Origin: an uncultured Candidatus Saccharibacteria bacterium
GTDB lineage: Bacteria; Patescibacteriota; Doudnabacteria; UBA920
NCBI GenBank assembly: GCA_964631145.1
Contig: CAZVXT010000002.1
Coordinates: 65,140 to 129,139, forward strand
Reading direction: 5' to 3'
DNA length: 64,000 bases
The translations under genes were made by a program, and so were the position numbers. Numbering within the stretch: position 1 is the stretch's first letter; the number at the start of each line of letters is the position of its first letter. A model generated the notes under the pieces. It did no database searches. It worked only from the letters and a program-made list of their open reading frames with translations, and was not told the origin of the DNA. This document shows positions 58,791-64,000 of this stretch, piece by piece.

Positions 58791-61343
58791 ATGCCAATTG
58801 ACCAAAACACAATTATCATCGCTAGTATAGTTTTAGCCATTTTAGTAATGGTTTTTTTGAGTGTATTAGCATATTATGTTCATCGTCATTGGTATTACAC
58901 CAGAGTAATTGTTCCAAGAACAAAAAATTGGGTATTTTTAGAAGTGCAGATGCCTAAAGATAATTCTGAAGATAAAGAGCAAACAAGAACTCTAGAAGAA
59001 AAAAAGAATTTAATTGCTATCGCAGAGCAGCTCTTTACTGCATTGTCTGGTATTAGCCATCAAAATTGGTTTTGGCAGCCAAAAGATTATATTAGTTTTG
59101 AAATCGCATGCATAGATAAAAAAATATCTTTCTTTATTAATTGTCCAAAGCATTTGCAAGAGCTTATTGAAAAGCAACTGCAAGCACAATATCCTCATGC
59201 TTTTGTAGAAGAGATTAAGGGCTATAATCCTTTTCAGCCAAAGGGTGATTTAGAAGCATCAGAATTAAAACTTAACCAAGGTTATATGTTTCCTTTCCGA
59301 ACTTATAAGAATATGGAAACAGATCCTCTTAATAGTTTGACAAATGCAATGAGTAAGTTGTCCGAGCAAGATGGGGCGGCTATTCAATTTATTTTGTATC
59401 CAGCTGGACATAGGTGGCAAGAAAAACCTCGTCATATGGCTTTGGAGATTCAGCAAGGAAAGAATCCAAATATCGTGGCGAAATCTGCAACGGGAAGATT
59501 TATTAGTGAAGCCGGGCATGGCATTAAAGAAGGTGTATTAGGAAGAGATCAGCAGGATCATGAAGCGGCAAAACGCCGCGAGGATTTAAGTGGTTTTTAT
59601 AACCCTATTCACTTAACGCCTATGCAGCAAGAAATGGTAAAGCGATTTGAGGAAAAGGCTAGTCGACCTGGTTTTAATACAAATATTCGCATCATTACTT
59701 CTTCTAGTATTCCGGGAAATGCAAAAGTGATTATGCATAATTTAGTTGCGTCATTTTTGCAATACAATATGCCTCCGTTTAATGGTTTTTCTCGCAAACG
59801 TCGTCTTAAGAAGAGAGTAATTAAAGATTATATTTTTCGAATTTACAGACGCTATGGTCGAAAATATATTTTAAATACAGAAGAATTGGCAAGTCTTTGG
59901 CATTTACCAACCCCATTTTTAGAAACTCCAAATATCAAATGGCTTCAATCTAAAAAAGCTCCTGCGCCAATCGATATTGCTAGCGAAGGTGTTCTAATCG
60001 GTAAAAATATTTATCGTGGTTCTGAAACAAAAATTATGATGGCAAGGGAAGATCGTCGTCGTCATATGTATATCCTTGGTCGTACTGGTAGTGGAAAAAC
60101 AGAAATCATGAAGTATATGGCAACTCAAGACATAAAGAATGGCGAAGGTCTTTGTATTATAGATCCTCATGGTGATTTCATCGAGGATGTTTTGCCACAT
60201 ATTCCAAAAGAGCGCGCTGAAGATGTTATTTTGTTCGATCCTTCAGATATAGACAGACCAATGGGTCTTAATATGCTAGAAGTTAGAAGCGAAAATGAAA
60301 AAGACTTTTCTGTTCAAGAAATGATCAGTATTTTTTATAAGCTAGTTACAGATCCGGCAATGCTTGGTCCAATGTTTGAACATAACATGCGTAATGCTAT
60401 GTTAACGTTGATGGCAGATGAAGAACACCCTGGTACTTTAGTAGAAATTCCACGTATTTTTACAGATACTGATTTTCAAAAGTATAAAATCAGCAAACTT
60501 CATGATCCTGTTGTAAGGGCATTTTGGGAAAAAGAAATGGCTAAAACTTCTGATTTCCATAAATCAGAAATGCTTGGCTATTTAGTATCAAAAGTTGGGC
60601 GCTTTGTAGAAAATAGCATGATGCGCAATATTGTAGGGCAACCAAAAAGTTCTTTCAATTTTCGAGATGTGATGGATAATGGAAAAATTTTGTTGGTAAA
60701 TTTAGCAAAAGGAAAAATTGGCGAAATGAATGCTAAGTTATTAGGATTAATTTTGGTCAGTAAAATTCAAATGGCAGCTTTGTCTCGCGCTGATATGCCA
60801 GAAGAAAAGCGCCGCGACTTTTATTTGTATGTAGATGAGTTTCAAAATTTTATTACAGATGCTTTTTCTTCCATTTTATCCGAAGCTCGTAAATATAAAT
60901 TAAATTTGATCATTGCTCACCAATTTTTGGGACAGTTGTCACAAGGCGCTGGGGCTCATGGGGCAGGGAGCAGTGATTTGCGTGATGCGGTATTTGGTAA
61001 TGCTGGTACAGAAGTTTGTTTTCGTATTGGCGTAGAAGATAGCGAAATTATGGCAAAAGAATTTTCTCCAGTGTTTAACCAGTTTGATTTGGTTAATGTA
61101 GATCGTTTTAATGCCTTCGTAAAATTAATGATAAAAGGTACTGCAAGCAAGCCGTTTAATATGGCGACTTATCCTTTACCAAAACCAACTCCAGAAGAAT
61201 TACAAACCGCTCAAGCTATTAGGCAGTTGTCTCGATTGAAGTTTGGACGCGGTAGGGCAGAGGTAGAATCAGAAATTTTAGAAGCAAGCCAGATCGCAGA
61301 CATGATGGCTGCTGGGCAAGGTTCGATCGAAAAAACTATTTGA
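58791..61343 (+). CDS. VirB4/TraG-like (FtsK-HerA superfamily) secretion ATPase
   Basis: N-terminal TM, RRRHMYILGRTGSGKT, IIDPHGD, LYVDEFQNF, EARKY..L.IAHQ. Confidence 0.88.
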   Translation: MPIDQNTIIIASIVLAILVMVFLSVLAYYVHRHWYYTRVIVPRTKNWVFLEVQMPKDNSEDKEQTRTLEEKKNLIAIAEQLFTALSGISHQNWFWQPKDYISFEIACIDKKISFFINCPKHLQELIEKQLQAQYPHAFVEEIKGYNPFQPKGDLEASELKLNQGYMFPFRTYKNMETDPLNSLTNAMSKLSEQDGAAIQFILYPAGHRWQEKPRHMALEIQQGKNPNIVAKSATGRFISEAGHGIKEGVLGRDQQDHEAAKRREDLSGFYNPIHLTPMQQEMVKRFEEKASRPGFNTNIRIITSSSIPGNAKVIMHNLVASFLQYNMPPFNGFSRKRRLKKRVIKDYIFRIYRRYGRKYILNTEELASLWHLPTPFLETPNIKWLQSKKAPAPIDIASEGVLIGKNIYRGSETKIMMAREDRRRHMYILGRTGSGKTEIMKYMATQDIKNGEGLCIIDPHGDFIEDVLPHIPKERAEDVILFDPSDIDRPMGLNMLEVRSENEKDFSVQEMISIFYKLVTDPAMLGPMFEHNMRNAMLTLMADEEHPGTLVEIPRIFTDTDFQKYKISKLHDPVVRAFWEKEMAKTSDFHKSEMLGYLVSKVGRFVENSMMRNIVGQPKSSFNFRDVMDNGKILLVNLAKGKIGEMNAKLLGLILVSKIQMAALSRADMPEEKRRDFYLYVDEFQNFITDAFSSILSEARKYKLNLIIAHQFLGQLSQGAGAHGAGSSDLRDAVFGNAGTEVCFRIGVEDSEIMAKEFSPVFNQFDLVNVDRFNAFVKLMIKGTASKPFNMATYPLPKPTPEELQTAQAIRQLSRLKFGRGRAEVESEILEASQIADMMAAGQGSIEKTI

Positions 61344-61373
61344 TATAATTAAATTAAGTATTAATAATATTAT

Positions 61374-62861
61374 ATGGCAAGAAAACCTGGAGAATTTGGG
61401 ATACTTGGGCTAACCGAGCAGAATAAACAAGCTGCGGAGTTTGTTGGTATAAAAAATACTAAAGAAAATTGGGAAGCAAAAGATTCTAAGCCATGGAAAG
61501 AACGCTTTAAAGAAGGTGTTACTTATGCTAAAGATAAGATTTCAGGTTTAGGCGGTCATATCAAGGGTAAAATTAGAGATTTTAAGCAGCGTAACGAACT
61601 TATTTCGTTAAATATTTCTGGTGGACCAGAAGATAATAGCAAAAATAATTTTACAGAAGCAGATAGGCAAGAGCTTCATGGTAATTTAGAAAAATTGGTT
61701 AAACAACCTCAAAGTGGCACAGAAAAAGTTGGTAAAGTTATAGAAGGTGAAGCTATAAAAATTGGAAAACAAGAAGCTCCTACATTTGATCCGCAAGCAA
61801 AATATAATGAAAAATTTGGTATAAAAAATCGTCAAGATTCGGAAGCAATAACAAAAGAATTGCCAAAAATAGAAGAAGTTAACAAAGAACTAGCAGATAA
61901 ATCTGGAGAAGAAATTGCAGGTGAAGTACAAAAAGACGTAGAGGTTTTAGAAAATATTTCTGGAGAAGCAAGGTCCTCAGCAGAACGACGCCCAGACGGA
62001 GAATTGATTACTAACTTAGAACAAGTGGGCGAAAAAGCTAGCTTAAAATTAGAAGCTTTAAAATCGCAATTAGAACAAACAGATTCTTCTTCAGAAGATT
62101 TGCAAAAGCAATTTGGCGAGCTTAAGGCAAAAATGGATCAAATTCATCAAATGTTAGTTGAGCAAGGGGTTTTGGCTGGTTCTGAAGAAAAACAAGATAA
62201 TGTTGTAGATATGGCAGATTGGAAGGCTGCACGAGGTAAAGAATCTAAAGGTGAACAGTCTAGTGAGATAGATATCGAAACTGCAGAATTGTCTGGCGAT
62301 CAAGCCGTTGAAAAAGCTTTGGAACGATATGGTTTTATGTTTTTAGAAAAAGAAGATGGAGCGCAGTGGTTGGCGTCGAAGTTTGAAGATGGTGCTAAGA
62401 ATAATGCAGATATGACCATTGCTTTGGGAGTATTAAGACAATATAAAGATGATAGAGAAAATGGACAAATTTCTGGACTTGGAGCTATAGATGAAAATCA
62501 TGTGGTGAGTAAGGCAATTGATCATTTAGAAGGAGAGTATGATTATACTGGATATTATTCCAAACCAGAAAAAACTATTGCCAACTGGTTAGAAGCAGAA
62601 GCTAACCTTACAACTGATCCAGAAAAACAGCAGCAAGCAGAAAAACGATTAGAACTTATTAATCCTGATCAGCTTCTTAACAGAAATACTATGTTAGAAG
62701 CACAGCATGCATTAGAAGGTTTGCGTAAAGATAAAGATTTTTGGGGACAATTTGATCTAGATACAATAGATATGATGCAGCAACAATTAAAAACTGCACA
62801 AGAAAGACTGGATCAAAGTAGTAAATTTATAAAAGAAGACGTTAATGAGCAGGCGGCTTAA
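61374..62861 (+). CDS. hypothetical charged coiled-coil protein
   Basis: 495 aa, E/K/Q-rich. Confidence 0.7.
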   Translation: MARKPGEFGILGLTEQNKQAAEFVGIKNTKENWEAKDSKPWKERFKEGVTYAKDKISGLGGHIKGKIRDFKQRNELISLNISGGPEDNSKNNFTEADRQELHGNLEKLVKQPQSGTEKVGKVIEGEAIKIGKQEAPTFDPQAKYNEKFGIKNRQDSEAITKELPKIEEVNKELADKSGEEIAGEVQKDVEVLENISGEARSSAERRPDGELITNLEQVGEKASLKLEALKSQLEQTDSSSEDLQKQFGELKAKMDQIHQMLVEQGVLAGSEEKQDNVVDMADWKAARGKESKGEQSSEIDIETAELSGDQAVEKALERYGFMFLEKEDGAQWLASKFEDGAKNNADMTIALGVLRQYKDDRENGQISGLGAIDENHVVSKAIDHLEGEYDYTGYYSKPEKTIANWLEAEANLTTDPEKQQQAEKRLELINPDQLLNRNTMLEAQHALEGLRKDKDFWGQFDLDTIDMMQQQLKTAQERLDQSSKFIKEDVNEQAA

Positions 62862-62867
62862 AATTAT

Positions 62868-63206
62868 ATGAATCAAATATTACAATTATGCACTCAATTA
62901 GTGCAGGCAAGTAATTTGTCAGATCCTCAAAAGCAAGCTTGGTTATCTCAACTATCAAGTGTTGGTATAACTTCGGAGTCCTTTTTGGATTTGCAAAAAG
63001 AGATTGAGCAGTCTAATCAAACTGCGCAGTTGGAACTAGACCAAAAGCTGGATGGAATATTAAAAGAAATTGATAATGTCGCCACAGAATTTAATCAAGA
63101 ATATAATGCTATTTCTGATCAGGTAAAAGAGGCAAAAAGCAATATTGCAAAACAACAAGAGCAACAGTTATTAAGCAAAGTTCGTGCTCAATTAGGATTG
63201 CAGTAG
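62868..63206 (+). CDS. hypothetical helical protein
   Basis: 112 aa, Q-rich, directly after the preceding gene. Confidence 0.65.
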   Translation: MNQILQLCTQLVQASNLSDPQKQAWLSQLSSVGITSESFLDLQKEIEQSNQTAQLELDQKLDGILKEIDNVATEFNQEYNAISDQVKEAKSNIAKQQEQQLLSKVRAQLGLQ

Positions 63207-63228
63207 ATTTTCCAGACTATGAAATAAG

Positions 63229-63340
63229 CAAAATCAGAATAAATTATTAACGAATCTTTTGTGCACAGTTTGCAATTTTGTGTTAGCAAAATTAGCAAAC
63301 GTAGCACAATCTCGATGAGTGTTAATTTATTCTGATTTTG
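63229..63340. repeat. 112-bp element with perfect 18-bp terminal inverted repeats
   Basis: CAAAATCAGAATAAATTA ... TAATTTATTCTGATTTTG with nested inner stems. Confidence 0.75.
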
Positions 63341-63456
63341 TTATTAAGAGCATCTAAATTTCTTAATTGTCAGCAATTATTGACAAAATTGTAAAATTTT
63401 GCTAGTCTTAAGGTGAGTTTTTAACTCATAAAATTTAAATTTTGGAGGAAAATGAA

Positions 63457-63954
63457 ATGAAAAATTTCAATTTTAATTTCGTTGCTTTGATTTTCGCTTT
63501 AGCCTTATTAGCAATTGCTTGGATTTTGTTATACTTGGTCGGAATGCCAACTAATAAAACCATGAATGGTATTGTTACCGGGACTTTAATCATTTCGGCA
63601 TTATGCTTTGTTGTTTCTTTAACTTCAATTAAAGCATACTTGGTAAATTTACTACCATCGGTTTTATTTACTCTGGCAGTAATTGCAGGTGTAATTGCTG
63701 GTGCTTCGACTGTTGTCTCGCTTTTGTGGAAAGTTAACTTTCCTACTTATTACGGTTTAATTACCGCTACAAACGCTGCTCAGTGGCATGGATTTGCCAT
63801 GGCATGGGGATTTATTTCTCTGTTTGCCGGAATAATCTCTTGGCTAAACTTTTATCAGACCCAGTCTGAGCATCAAAAACTTTATCCAGATGATTCTAAG
63901 ATTAAAGCAACGACAACAACTGTCGGTGGCTTTGCCACCAGTAAAGGCAGTTAA
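63457..63954 (+). CDS. four-TM hypothetical membrane protein
   Basis: GGAGG RBS before ATG 63457; hydrophobic helices; terminator-like hairpin after stop. Confidence 0.65.
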   Translation: MKNFNFNFVALIFALALLAIAWILLYLVGMPTNKTMNGIVTGTLIISALCFVVSLTSIKAYLVNLLPSVLFTLAVIAGVIAGASTVVSLLWKVNFPTYYGLITATNAAQWHGFAMAWGFISLFAGIISWLNFYQTQSEHQKLYPDDSKIKATTTTVGGFATSKGS

Positions 63955-64000
63955 TTATTTACGAGGTCTAGATATTATTTCTAGCCTCTTTTTTTTGTAA

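Overview
AT-rich bacterial chromosome segment whose gene set and style point to Patescibacteria/CPR (inference). It carries radA, recG, a class II photolyase, comF, clpC, recX, htpX-lemA, gatCAB, miaA, holB, frr, rseP, proS, mreBCD-mrdA, folD, greA, lysS, serS, murF, membrane glycosyltransferases and a VirB4/TraG-like ATPase. The standout is a GC-richer ~5 kb island (13788-18827) integrated at the 3' end of tRNA-Ser(GCT) between 22-bp direct repeats. It holds a diversity-generating retroelement (DGR): RT (-), an unannotated Avd-like gene (+), template repeat TR (-, 15530-15660) and a 610-aa target gene whose variable repeat VR (17639-17766) differs from TR almost only at TR adenines. The layout is unusual. 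The avd-like gene lies antisense between TR and RT and overlaps the RT 5' end codon-for-codon. Both reading frames cross one (TC)8/(GA)8 microsatellite, and adding a single repeat unit puts both genes in frame with their ATGs, suggesting a shared phase-variable switch. This copy looks decayed (RT YADD->YAND, in-frame stop in avd, two serine recombinase stubs fused at a 26-bp palindrome), while the target gene is intact. Elsewhere there are dispersed hairpin repeats, a CIRCE box before clpC, a candidate sRNA/leader peptide, and a class of ORFans with strong Shine-Dalgarno sites, unlike the core genes inspected. All calls are from reading the sequence by eye; no database searches were run.
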